Origin: Daejeonella sp.
GTDB taxonomy: Bacteria; Bacteroidota; Bacteroidia; Sphingobacteriales; Sphingobacteriaceae
Assembly: GCF_046590655.1 (NCBI RefSeq)
Contig: NZ_JBKJUM010000042.1
Location: 17,395-81,394, forward strand
DNA length: 64,000 bases
Reading direction: 5' to 3'
The position numbers and the translations under genes were made by a program. Shown piece by piece: positions 39,802 through 48,319 of this stretch. The stretch's first letter is position 1. The number at the start of each line of letters is the position of its first letter. The notes under the pieces are model-generated. The model worked only from the letters and a program-made list of their open reading frames with translations, had not been told where the DNA came from and searched no databases.

Positions 39802-40980
39802 ATGAAAGAAGCATATATTATAGCTGCATATAGAACTGCTGTCGGGAAAGCCCCACGGGGAGTATTTCGCTTTACACGTGCAGATGATCTGGCAGCGGAA
39901 GTCATTAAAAACCTGGTCGCAGCAGTGCCGAACCTCGATAAAGAGGAAATCGATGACGTAATAGTGGGTAACGCAACTCCTGAAGCAGAGCAAGGTTTGA
40001 ATCTGGCACGTATGATCTCGTTAATGGGATTAGATACTGATAAAGTTCCTGGGGTGACTGTTAACAGGTACTGCGCGTCTGGTTTAGAAACCATCGCAAT
40101 CGCTTCTGCAAAGATCAAGTCAGGCATGGCCGACTGCATTGTTGCCGGCGGGGTTGAAATTATGTCGGGTATGCCTTTCGGCGGATGGAAACTGGTACCC
40201 AATGCGGATGTTGCCAAAAGCCATCCTGACTGGTACTGGGGTATGGGACTAACCGCGGAGGCCGTCGCGAAAGAATATAATGTAAGTCGGGAAGATCAGG
40301 ATGAATTTTCCCTGAAATCACATCAAAAAGCTGTCGCAGCTATTAAGAACGGCCATTTAAAAGAAGGTGTCTTGCCTATCACTGTCAAAGAGAATTATCT
40401 GGATGAAAATCTCAAAAAGAAAACCAGAGAGTTTATCGTAGATACCGATGAGGGTCCGAGGGCAGATACCGCAATAGATAAATTGGCCAGGCTTAAGCCA
40501 GTATTTGCGGCCGGCGGATCAGTTACGGCAGGAAATTCATCCCAGACTTCAGATGGAGCAGCTTTTGTATTGGTTGTTTCTGAGAAGATGCTTAAAAAAT
40601 TAAACGTACAACCCATCGCCCGCCTTGTAAGCTATGGTGTGGCTGGAGTACCGCCCCGGATTATGGGGATTGGACCGATTGAAGCAATTCCATTAGCCCT
40701 TAAAAAAGCTGGGATGAAAAAAGAAGACCTAGATATCATTGAGCTTAACGAAGCCTTTGCATCCCAATCGCTCGCAATTATTCGTACGCTGGACCTTAAT
40801 CAGGAGGTGCTTAATGTAAATGGTGGCGCCATAGCTTTAGGCCACCCACTTGGATGCACGGGCGCAAAACTAACCGTTCAACTATTTAATGAATTGAAAA
40901 GACGTGACAAGAAATTCGGGATGGTAACAATGTGTGTTGGGACAGGGCAGGGGGCAGCGGGGATATTTGAACTATTATAG
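39802..40980 (+). CDS. fadA: Acetyl-CoA C-acyltransferase (thiolase)
   Basis: NRYCASG, NEAFA, GHPLG and CVGTGQG motifs. Confidence 0.95.
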   Translation: MKEAYIIAAYRTAVGKAPRGVFRFTRADDLAAEVIKNLVAAVPNLDKEEIDDVIVGNATPEAEQGLNLARMISLMGLDTDKVPGVTVNRYCASGLETIAIASAKIKSGMADCIVAGGVEIMSGMPFGGWKLVPNADVAKSHPDWYWGMGLTAEAVAKEYNVSREDQDEFSLKSHQKAVAAIKNGHLKEGVLPITVKENYLDENLKKKTREFIVDTDEGPRADTAIDKLARLKPVFAAGGSVTAGNSSQTSDGAAFVLVVSEKMLKKLNVQPIARLVSYGVAGVPPRIMGIGPIEAIPLALKKAGMKKEDLDIIELNEAFASQSLAIIRTLDLNQEVLNVNGGAIALGHPLGCTGAKLTVQLFNELKRRDKKFGMVTMCVGTGQGAAGIFELL

Positions 40981-41073
40981 GAACCAGGAACCAGGAACCA
41001 AGAACCAAGACATGGGTTGCCGTTAGCTAAATTGTTATAAGAACAAGGAACAAGGAGCAAAGAGTAAGGACTG
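40981..41073 (+). repeat. Two heptamer arrays (GAACCAG/GAACCAA x4; GAACAAG/GAGCAAA-type x4) in a 60-bp duplicated module
   Basis: Arrays at 40981-41008 and 41041-41068, each followed by GA..CCGTTAGCT. Confidence 0.9.
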
Positions 41074-41180
41074 GAACCGTTAGCTGGTTAATTTGCAGCA
41101 CAACTGGGACGGACACGCAGATTATAATTTAGAAAGTGTATCATGAGAATACTAACATTTATCTGCTTTATCTTTTCTCA

Positions 41181-41531
41181 ATGCACAATTTTAGAAAACT
41201 TACTATTTGGCAGAATGCAATGATTCTTGCGAAGGAAGTTTACGCTACAACTGCCTCCTTTCCAAAAGAAGAAAAATATGGGTTGGTGTCTCAAATTAAT
41301 AGATGCAGTGTTTCGGTGCCATCGAATATTTCAGAAGGATCTTCGAGATCTTCTAATAAGGAGTTCGCACATTTTATTAAAATATCTATAGGATCATTGT
41401 TCGAATTAGAGACACAACTAGTCCTGTCAAATGACTTTGGAATTATTAGTAACGAGAAACTGAATGAGTTTACGCCCAAAATAGTGTCTTTGCAGAAAAT
41501 GTTATCACAATTTTTAAAAACACTTCAATAG
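41181..41531 (+). CDS. Four-helix-bundle protein (23S rRNA IVP / TIGR02436 family)
   Basis: MHNFRKLTIWQ..FPKEEKYGLVSQINRCSVSVPSNISEG..S.GSLFELETQL signature; ATG 41181. Confidence 0.93.
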   Translation: MHNFRKLTIWQNAMILAKEVYATTASFPKEEKYGLVSQINRCSVSVPSNISEGSSRSSNKEFAHFIKISIGSLFELETQLVLSNDFGIISNEKLNEFTPKIVSLQKMLSQFLKTLQ

Positions 41532-41578
41532 TTTAAGTGGAACGAGGCCGGAGTCAGATACCCAAAAATTACCCGCGG

Positions 41579-41607
41579 CAGTCTTTGCTCTTTGCTCCTT
41601 GTTCCTT
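41579..41607 (+). repeat. Reverse-complement heptamer arm (CTTTGCT x2, CCTTGTT)
   Basis: Complementary to 41045-41073 (27 Watson-Crick + 2 G-U pairs). Confidence 0.9.
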
Positions 41608-41629
41608 AATCAATATAGTCAGTTAAAAT

Positions 41630-43420
41630 ATGGAAACACAAAACAAAATCTCCATCCGCGGCGGCGAATTCCTCATCCGCGAAACCTCTTACGAAGACAT
41701 TTTTATTCCTGAAGAGTTCGATGAAGAACAATTAATGATTCGGAAAACTTGTGAGGATTTTCTGGAATCTGAAGTATATCCGAATCTGGACAGGATTGAT
41801 ACCCAGGAAGAAGGTTTGATGGAAAGTTTGATGGATAAGGCTGGGGAGCTTGGATTACTCGCCGTTTCAATTCCCGAAGAATATGGCGGGTTTGGAAAGA
41901 ACTTTAACACATCTATGCTCGTCGCTGATTCAATTGGCCCGGGCTGTTCATTCGCTGTGGCGCTATCCGCGCATACAGGTATTGGCACTCTTCCTATCCT
42001 TTATTATGGAAACACTGAGCAAAAGGACAAATATATTCCCAAGCTGGCTTCGGGTGAGTGGAAAGCTTCATATTGTCTGACAGAGCCTAACTCAGGTTCA
42101 GATGCTAATTCCGGCAGGACAAAAGCAGTTCTCAATGCGGAGGGTACACACTATTTGATCAACGGGCAAAAGATGTGGATCACAAATGGCGGTTTTGCAG
42201 ACATTTTCATAGTTTTTGCTAAGGTAGATGACGATAAAAATCTTTCCGCGTTTATTGTCGAGAAGGACTTCGGTGGCATAACTATGAATCCTGAAGAGCA
42301 TAAGATGGGGATAAAGGGTTCATCAACGCGACAGGTATTTTTTAATGATTGTCCGGTACCGGTTGCCAACCTGCTTTCTGAAAGGGAAAATGGGTTTAAA
42401 ATAGCCGTTAATATTCTTAATATCGGGCGAATAAAACTTGGTGTGGCAGCTATCGGTTCGTCACGCAGGGTATTAAATCAAGCTATTAATTACTCTAATG
42501 AAAGGATACAGTTTAATCTCCCCATCTCAAAATTTGGTGCAATTCGTTACAAGCTTGCAGAAATGTCAACCCGTAATTTTGCAGTCGAAAGTGCTGCATA
42601 TCGTGCTGGTCAGAATATTGATGACGCGTACGAAAGCCTGGTAGCAGAAGGGATGGATCCCTCAAAAGCAAAATTGAAATCCACAGAAATGTTTGCTGTG
42701 GAGTGTGCGATTCTAAAAGTTTGGGGCTCCGAAATGCTTGATTATATTGTAGATGAAGGGGTACAAATATATGGGGGAATGGGTTATTCTGCCGATGCTC
42801 CAATGGATAGGGCGTATCGCGATAGCAGGATCAACAGAATATTTGAAGGCACGAACGAAATCAACAGAATGCTTATTCTGGATATGCTCTTGAAACGTGC
42901 ATTGAAAGGAGAACTCGACCTTATGACACCGGCGCAGGCAGTGGCTGGAGAATTGATGTCCATTCCTGATTTTGGCGAAGTAGACGACACTTTGTTTGCT
43001 GCCGAGAAAAAGATCCTGGCTAATCTTAAAAAAGCAGGATTAATGATTGCCGGTGCAGCTGTTCAAAAATTAATGATGACGCTCTCCAAAGAACAGGAAA
43101 TCCTGATGAATATTGCAGATATAATCGGATACATATATGTGGCTGAATCCACGATTCTTCGTGTGGAAAAACTTGTTAAAATGAGAGGTGAGGGAGCTTG
43201 CGAGGGGCAGCTGGATATGATGAGGATATATTTATACCAGGCAGTCGATAAAGTTGCCATTGCTGGTAAGGAAGCACTTTACTCTTTCGCTGAGGGTGAT
43301 GAGTTAAGAATGATGCTTGTCGGACTCAGGAGATTTACAAAGGTTGAGCCATTTAATATCAAAGAAACCAGACAAAGGGTTGCTAAGCACTTAATAGAGG
43401 CGAATAAATACTGCTACTAA
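41630..43420 (+). CDS. Acyl-CoA dehydrogenase (FadE-like, long form)
   Basis: YCLTEPNSGSDA, NGQKMWITN, GGMGY and RIFEGTNEINR motifs. Confidence 0.95.
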   Translation: METQNKISIRGGEFLIRETSYEDIFIPEEFDEEQLMIRKTCEDFLESEVYPNLDRIDTQEEGLMESLMDKAGELGLLAVSIPEEYGGFGKNFNTSMLVADSIGPGCSFAVALSAHTGIGTLPILYYGNTEQKDKYIPKLASGEWKASYCLTEPNSGSDANSGRTKAVLNAEGTHYLINGQKMWITNGGFADIFIVFAKVDDDKNLSAFIVEKDFGGITMNPEEHKMGIKGSSTRQVFFNDCPVPVANLLSERENGFKIAVNILNIGRIKLGVAAIGSSRRVLNQAINYSNERIQFNLPISKFGAIRYKLAEMSTRNFAVESAAYRAGQNIDDAYESLVAEGMDPSKAKLKSTEMFAVECAILKVWGSEMLDYIVDEGVQIYGGMGYSADAPMDRAYRDSRINRIFEGTNEINRMLILDMLLKRALKGELDLMTPAQAVAGELMSIPDFGEVDDTLFAAEKKILANLKKAGLMIAGAAVQKLMMTLSKEQEILMNIADIIGYIYVAESTILRVEKLVKMRGEGACEGQLDMMRIYLYQAVDKVAIAGKEALYSFAEGDELRMMLVGLRRFTKVEPFNIKETRQRVAKHLIEANKYCY

Positions 43421-43423
43421 GCT

Positions 43424-43523
43424 GACAGTTAAACAGCGGACAGTTGACAGTTATTTTTTCGTATATAATGTTAAACCTGGCGTAAAATAACTGTCGTTTG
43501 CAAACTGTCAACTTTCCACTATC
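43424..43523. repeat. Inverted heptamer arrays (GACAGTT / AACTGTC)
   Basis: GACAGTT units at 43424-43452; AACTGTC-type units at 43489-43495 and 43503-43523. Confidence 0.8.
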
Positions 43524-43534
43524 TCCTGTCAATG

Positions 43535-43583
43535 ACAAAAAACAGCGTGTGAAGGCTTGCAGGTATCACACGCTGTTTTTTGT
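43535..43583 (+). terminator. Intrinsic terminator of the fad operon
   Basis: Perfect 18-bp inverted repeat ACAAAAAACAGCGTGTGA / TCACACGCTGTTTTTTGT. Confidence 0.85.
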
Positions 43584-43622
43584 TAAATAATGTTAATCCT
43601 TACTTTTTAAACTTTAAAAGGA

Positions 43623-43630
43623 TAAATTTG
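43623..43630 (+). promoter_or_regulatory. -7 promoter element TAAATTTG for the FKBP genes
   Basis: Exact TAnnTTTG match 34 nt upstream of ATG. Confidence 0.55.
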
Positions 43631-43664
43631 CACTTTGAATTACTACAAGAGACTTGATCATTAA

Positions 43665-44132
43665 ATGAAACTTAAAAATTTACTACTGCTTATACTGCCA
43701 ATGTTGTTGGTTGCAGGTTCCTGCAAAAAAGATGATCCTGAAGAGCAGACAAAAATTGATGATTCAACGATCCTCAAGTTTATGAGCGATAAAAACATTC
43801 CTGCTCAAAAACATTCAAGCGGAATCTACTATCAGATCCTGAGTCCTGGAACAGGAACTATTTCTTACACGAGCAATACAACGGTGAGCACAAAATACAC
43901 TGGAAGATTATTAAATGGGAATGTTTTCGACGCAACAACGTCCCAGCCAATTTCATTCAAGCTCGGACAAGTTATAACCGGCTGGCAGATCGGGATCCCA
44001 TTAATACAGAAAGGCGGCAAAATTAGGCTCCTTATACCCTCCGGATTAGCTTATGGACCTGCGGGTCAGGGACCTATCCCCGGGAATGCAGTTTTGGATT
44101 TTGATATAGAGCTCCTGGACGTTACAAATTGA
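43665..44132 (+). CDS. FKBP-type peptidyl-prolyl isomerase, lipoprotein
   Basis: AGSC lipobox; YTGRLLNGNVFD, VITGWQIG and IPSGLAYG motifs. Confidence 0.93.
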   Translation: MKLKNLLLLILPMLLVAGSCKKDDPEEQTKIDDSTILKFMSDKNIPAQKHSSGIYYQILSPGTGTISYTSNTTVSTKYTGRLLNGNVFDATTSQPISFKLGQVITGWQIGIPLIQKGGKIRLLIPSGLAYGPAGQGPIPGNAVLDFDIELLDVTN

Positions 44133-44140
44133 TATAGAAA

Positions 44141-45013
44141 ATGAAGCAACTTTTAAAATATACATTACCCTGCATCTTCTTGCTAAGTCTTATTATAGCC
44201 TGCGAAAAAGAGTACGATTCCATTGAAATTATCGATGACAAAAATATAAATGCTTACATCCAGGCCAACAAGCTTAATGTTGTTGAGTATCAGAATTCCG
44301 GAATTTATTATGAAGTTATTAATCCCGGTTCAGGTACGGATGTGGAGTATTCTGATCAGTTGCCATTGATATTCACAATCAAATCGCTTGATGGTAAGTA
44401 TTCGTCATTGGATACTTTCAGTAATTCTAACCGGTATTTCAACTTTCTCGGGTACTTCAATCCCGAAGGTGTTCGCATTGGAATAAAAGAAGTTCTTAAA
44501 AAGAAATCTGGTACAATTCGTATGATCATTCCCTCCCGGACTGCCTTTGGAAGGAATGGTGCCGGAACAATACCAGGAAATGCTTCACTCGATCTTACGG
44601 TCAGGGTTTTGGATAAAAATAAACTGCCGGCGTATGAAGATTTTACGATCCAGAAGTACCTGGCAGCAAATGCACTTACAGGATTTACTAAAACAGCCTC
44701 AGGCTTGTACTATAAAATCGATGCCCCTGGGACTGGTAGTCCGATCTCTGTAGATTCTACTGTGAAAGTTGAGTATGAAGGCAAATTGTTTAATGGAACC
44801 ATTTTTGACAAAACGAGTACAGGTAGCCCTGCGTCGCTCGGACTTGCAGATGTTGTAAAAGGCTGGCAGGAGGCCATACCCCTTATTAAGGAAGGCGGCA
44901 CAATACGGATGATTTTGCCATCGTCATTGGGTTATGGATTGCAGGGTAACGAAGGGATTCCCGCTTTCTCAGCGTTATTCTTCAACGTTAAAGTAACTGA
45001 TGTTACTAAGTAA
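44141..45013 (+). CDS. Two-domain FKBP-type PPIase, lipoprotein
   Basis: IIAC lipobox; degenerate N-terminal FKBP and canonical C-terminal FKBP (YEGKLFNGTIFD, VVKGWQE). Confidence 0.9.
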   Translation: MKQLLKYTLPCIFLLSLIIACEKEYDSIEIIDDKNINAYIQANKLNVVEYQNSGIYYEVINPGSGTDVEYSDQLPLIFTIKSLDGKYSSLDTFSNSNRYFNFLGYFNPEGVRIGIKEVLKKKSGTIRMIIPSRTAFGRNGAGTIPGNASLDLTVRVLDKNKLPAYEDFTIQKYLAANALTGFTKTASGLYYKIDAPGTGSPISVDSTVKVEYEGKLFNGTIFDKTSTGSPASLGLADVVKGWQEAIPLIKEGGTIRMILPSSLGYGLQGNEGIPAFSALFFNVKVTDVTK

Positions 45014-45944
45014 GTTCTATAGATTCTTCATTCCTATAAATTTCTTCCATCGCTTCCATAATGACTGGATATTTAAAATTATATCCGGAGTTTACTAATT
45101 TTGCAGACGAAACTTTAGTGCTTGCAAGTGCCATGATGCTCATTTCTCCAATCGCAATCTTCAATGCGAATTCTGGCGTGTGGACGAATATTGGGGTTTT
45201 GTCCATAGCGCTTGCCATGGATCGCATCATTTCTTCAAGAGTAACAGCTCCGGGAGCCACCATATTATAGGCTCCCTTTAAACTTTCGTTTTCAAGAGCA
45301 TAGGCGTATACATTAAGAGCGTCGAGGTAATGAATCCATGATAACCATTGGTCTCCGGAACCTGGAATAACTCCAAAGCCAAACTGCATAGGTTTATTCA
45401 TTTGAGGGAGTACACCTCCATTCTTAGCAAGTATGATACCGCTTCTAAGTTTCACTACACGCAGTCCAAGCTTATGGCCTTCATCAACAGCCTCTTCCCA
45501 TGCAATACAGGTTTCTGCAAGAAAATCCTTTGAAGGAAGGCTTTCCTCTGTAAGGAATTCACTGGCCCTATCGCCATAGTATCCAACTGCCGATGCGGAT
45601 ATAATGTGATTGACCTGATTTTTAGTCTTTCGTAACAGGTCATAAATCATTCGGATGGACTGAGTGCGGCTCCCGACGATTTGTTTTTTTCTTTCGTCTG
45701 TCCATCGTTTAGCAGCGATTTCCTCGCCGGCCAAATGTATTATCGCATCTACATTTTCAATGCAATTCTGATCAATTTCTCCTTTATATACGTCCCACTT
45801 GAATGTACGAAGGTTTGGGTCTTGCTTCGCATCTGGCTCTTCGCGTACCAATAGGTTAATCTGATACCCTTTTTTCAGCAATAACTTTACCAGTCCTTTA
45901 CCTACAAATCCGGTACCGCCTGTTATGAGTAAGGTTTTAATCAT
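45006..45944 (-). CDS. TIGR01777-family NAD-dependent epimerase/oxidoreductase
   Basis: ITGGTGFVG, HLAGE, SASAVGYYG and WIH motifs; ATG 45944. Confidence 0.92.
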   Translation of the reverse strand: MIKTLLITGGTGFVGKGLVKLLLKKGYQINLLVREEPDAKQDPNLRTFKWDVYKGEIDQNCIENVDAIIHLAGEEIAAKRWTDERKKQIVGSRTQSIRMIYDLLRKTKNQVNHIISASAVGYYGDRASEFLTEESLPSKDFLAETCIAWEEAVDEGHKLGLRVVKLRSGIILAKNGGVLPQMNKPMQFGFGVIPGSGDQWLSWIHYLDALNVYAYALENESLKGAYNMVAPGAVTLEEMMRSMASAMDKTPIFVHTPEFALKIAIGEMSIMALASTKVSSAKLVNSGYNFKYPVIMEAMEEIYRNEESIELT

Positions 45945-46198
45945 CGTTTTAACATGTCCAATTATCAATTTTTGATATTGTACATACTTCAATAATTAAA
46001 CCATAAATGAAATAATTCCCAAAAATATTAACTATGGATTAGGGGCGCCTAAAAGACAGGCTGCTGCGAACTATATGAACAGCGTCTGAGAATTTGCAAA
46101 TAAGAATATTAATCAAATATTAAATTTTGCAAAGCATTCTATACAAATGAACCGTTTCCCATTTGTTTATCTGCTCATTTACTCAATTACTAATTTGT

Positions 46199-46627
46199 TC
46201 AGCTGCTTATATAGCTCTTCAATTGTTCAATCGTTTGTTTCTGATCTTCAATTACAAATTTGACCAGATCTCCGATCGAAATCATCCCACCAACCTTACC
46301 ATCCTCAACGATTGGTAAGTGCCGTATGTGTTTGCTCGTCATAATCTCCATACATTGGTCGATGGTTGAATCCTTACCTACTGTTTCAAGTTGGGCTGTC
46401 ATAACCTCAGCTATGTGCGTATCTTTTGAAGATTTGCCCTGTAGTATGATTTTTCGTGCATAATCCCGTTCGGTGAAAATACCCTTTAATATAGGGCCTT
46501 CCATAACCAGTAACGCACTGATGTTTTTATCCATCATTACCTGTAGTGCTTTAAGCACCGAAGTTTCGGGAGTTACCGAATAGATAGCATTTGATTTGTT
46601 CTGGATTATGTGTTTCACGCTTTTCAT
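46199..46627 (-). CDS. CBS-domain pair protein
   Basis: GIFTERDYARK, IRHLPIV and ISIGDLVK motifs. Confidence 0.93.
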   Translation of the reverse strand: MKSVKHIIQNKSNAIYSVTPETSVLKALQVMMDKNISALLVMEGPILKGIFTERDYARKIILQGKSSKDTHIAEVMTAQLETVGKDSTIDQCMEIMTSKHIRHLPIVEDGKVGGMISIGDLVKFVIEDQKQTIEQLKSYISS

Positions 46628-46831
46628 AGCAAGGGTTTTATCTTTACTAAATATAATAAAAATTTATAAACATGTTTGCAGAAGCATCTAATGAGTTTTC
46701 ACAATAAACTATAGGAGAATGTAAAAACTTACAAGAGGATGATCATAAATGTCAACTCTAAGACCGTAATTTGAAAAACCATTAGACTCTTGAGGAAAAT
46801 TATCAGAAGCTATCCATATAGCTAATAACAT

Positions 46832-48250
46832 ATGAGCGGAAAAACCATTTTAGTTTGGTTTAGAAAAGATCTACGAATTCACGATAATGAGATACTGACT
46901 GAGGCGGTTCGCAAAGGCGAGACTGTTGTTCCTGTTTATTGTTTCGATCCTCGACAGTTTGAAACTACGTCCTTTCAGACTGAAAAAACAGGCTCTATCA
47001 GGGCTAAATTTTTGACCGAATGCGTTGCGGATCTACAGAATTCATTGCAAAAGCTTGGAGCAGACCTCATCATCCGTACAGGTAAGCCAGAAGATATTTT
47101 ACCCGAGCTTGTTACTAAATACGAGGTTACGGAGGTTTATCATCACAGAGAAGTGGCTTCAGAGGAAACTAGAGTATCTGCAGATGTAGAGAATGCACTA
47201 TGGAGATTGAAAATAAACCTTAAGCACTTTATCGGTCACACCTTATATCACAAAGAGGATCTTCCGTTTCCTATAAATAATATTCCTGACGTTTTTTCTT
47301 CATTCCGAAAAAAAATAGAACGAGATAGTTCAGTCAGAAAATGCACCGATTCCCCTCGCAACTTCAGTATTCCTCCAAATATGGAAAGCGGAGTGGTTCC
47401 ATCCATGTCTGAACTGGGTTTTGTCGATATTCAAAATACTGATGAACGTTCAGTGATGAAATTTAAAGGTGGGGAAACAGAAGCATTGGCGCGAATGCAC
47501 AGCTATTTTTGGGAAACTGACGCGGTAAAGAATTATAAACAAACCAGGAACAGTTTATTAGGGGCTGACTACTCTTCGAAGTTTTCTGCCTGGATAGCCT
47601 TTGGCTGCCTGTCGCCCCGTGAAGTTTATTGGGAAATTAAAAAATATGAGCAGGAGAGAGGCTCCTCCGATTCTACTTACGCACTATTCCTTCAACTACT
47701 GTGGCGCGATTATTTCCGTTTCATGTTTAAGAAATATGGGAATAAGTTCTTTCAGAAAATCGGATTTAAAGGTGTGGCTCCTGAAGAGGCTGAACATCAG
47801 CAAGACCACTTTGAATTATGGAAGCAAGGGAAAACGGGTGTCCCATTTATTGACGCAAATATTAGAGAACTGAACTCCACAGGCTTTATGAGTAACCGCG
47901 GAAGGCAGAATGCAGCAAGTTTTCTGGTTAAAAACCTTAAAGTAAACTGGATGTGGGGAGCGTCTTACTTCGAAGAGAAGCTGATCGACTATTGCCCGGC
48001 AAATAACTGGGGAAACTGGGCTTATATAGCAGGCGTAGGCAATGACCCTAAAGAATACCAACACTTTAACGTGTTGAAGCAAGCAAAAGAGTTTGATCCA
48101 AACGGTGATTACGTACGGTTATGGGTCCCCGAGCTTGCTGCAGTCCCTGGTGCGATGATTCACCAGCCCTGGACCCTGTCTGGCCTGGAACGAGAAAAAT
48201 ACGACCTCAGCGAATATATGGTGCGACCGCCCTTTGCACCAGAGGTTTAA
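46832..48250 (+). CDS. DASH-family cryptochrome/photolyase
   Basis: WFRKDLRIHDN, YKQTRN, SSKFS, LLWRDYF, GFMSNRGRQN and GVGNDP motifs. Confidence 0.92.
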   Translation: MSGKTILVWFRKDLRIHDNEILTEAVRKGETVVPVYCFDPRQFETTSFQTEKTGSIRAKFLTECVADLQNSLQKLGADLIIRTGKPEDILPELVTKYEVTEVYHHREVASEETRVSADVENALWRLKINLKHFIGHTLYHKEDLPFPINNIPDVFSSFRKKIERDSSVRKCTDSPRNFSIPPNMESGVVPSMSELGFVDIQNTDERSVMKFKGGETEALARMHSYFWETDAVKNYKQTRNSLLGADYSSKFSAWIAFGCLSPREVYWEIKKYEQERGSSDSTYALFLQLLWRDYFRFMFKKYGNKFFQKIGFKGVAPEEAEHQQDHFELWKQGKTGVPFIDANIRELNSTGFMSNRGRQNAASFLVKNLKVNWMWGASYFEEKLIDYCPANNWGNWAYIAGVGNDPKEYQHFNVLKQAKEFDPNGDYVRLWVPELAAVPGAMIHQPWTLSGLEREKYDLSEYMVRPPFAPEV

Positions 48251-48287
48251 AATGGTAATCTTTTTCACGATTCTATGCTTAAAATCT

Positions 48288-48295
48288 TATTTTTG
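48288..48295 (+). promoter_or_regulatory. -7 promoter element TATTTTTG for sucAB
   Basis: TAnnTTTG 24 nt upstream of the sucA ATG. Confidence 0.5.
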
Positions 48296-48319
48296 TGTCG
48301 CAAAAGATTTTGTTTATAA

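Noticed and set aside
40878-41060. 60-aa minus-strand ORF (LGSWFLVPGS)
   Set aside because: Produced by the heptamer arrays and antisense to fadA.
41181-41531. Avd-like gene as part of a diversity-generating retroelement
   Set aside because: No reverse transcriptase and no TR/VR pair differing at adenines were seen in the window.
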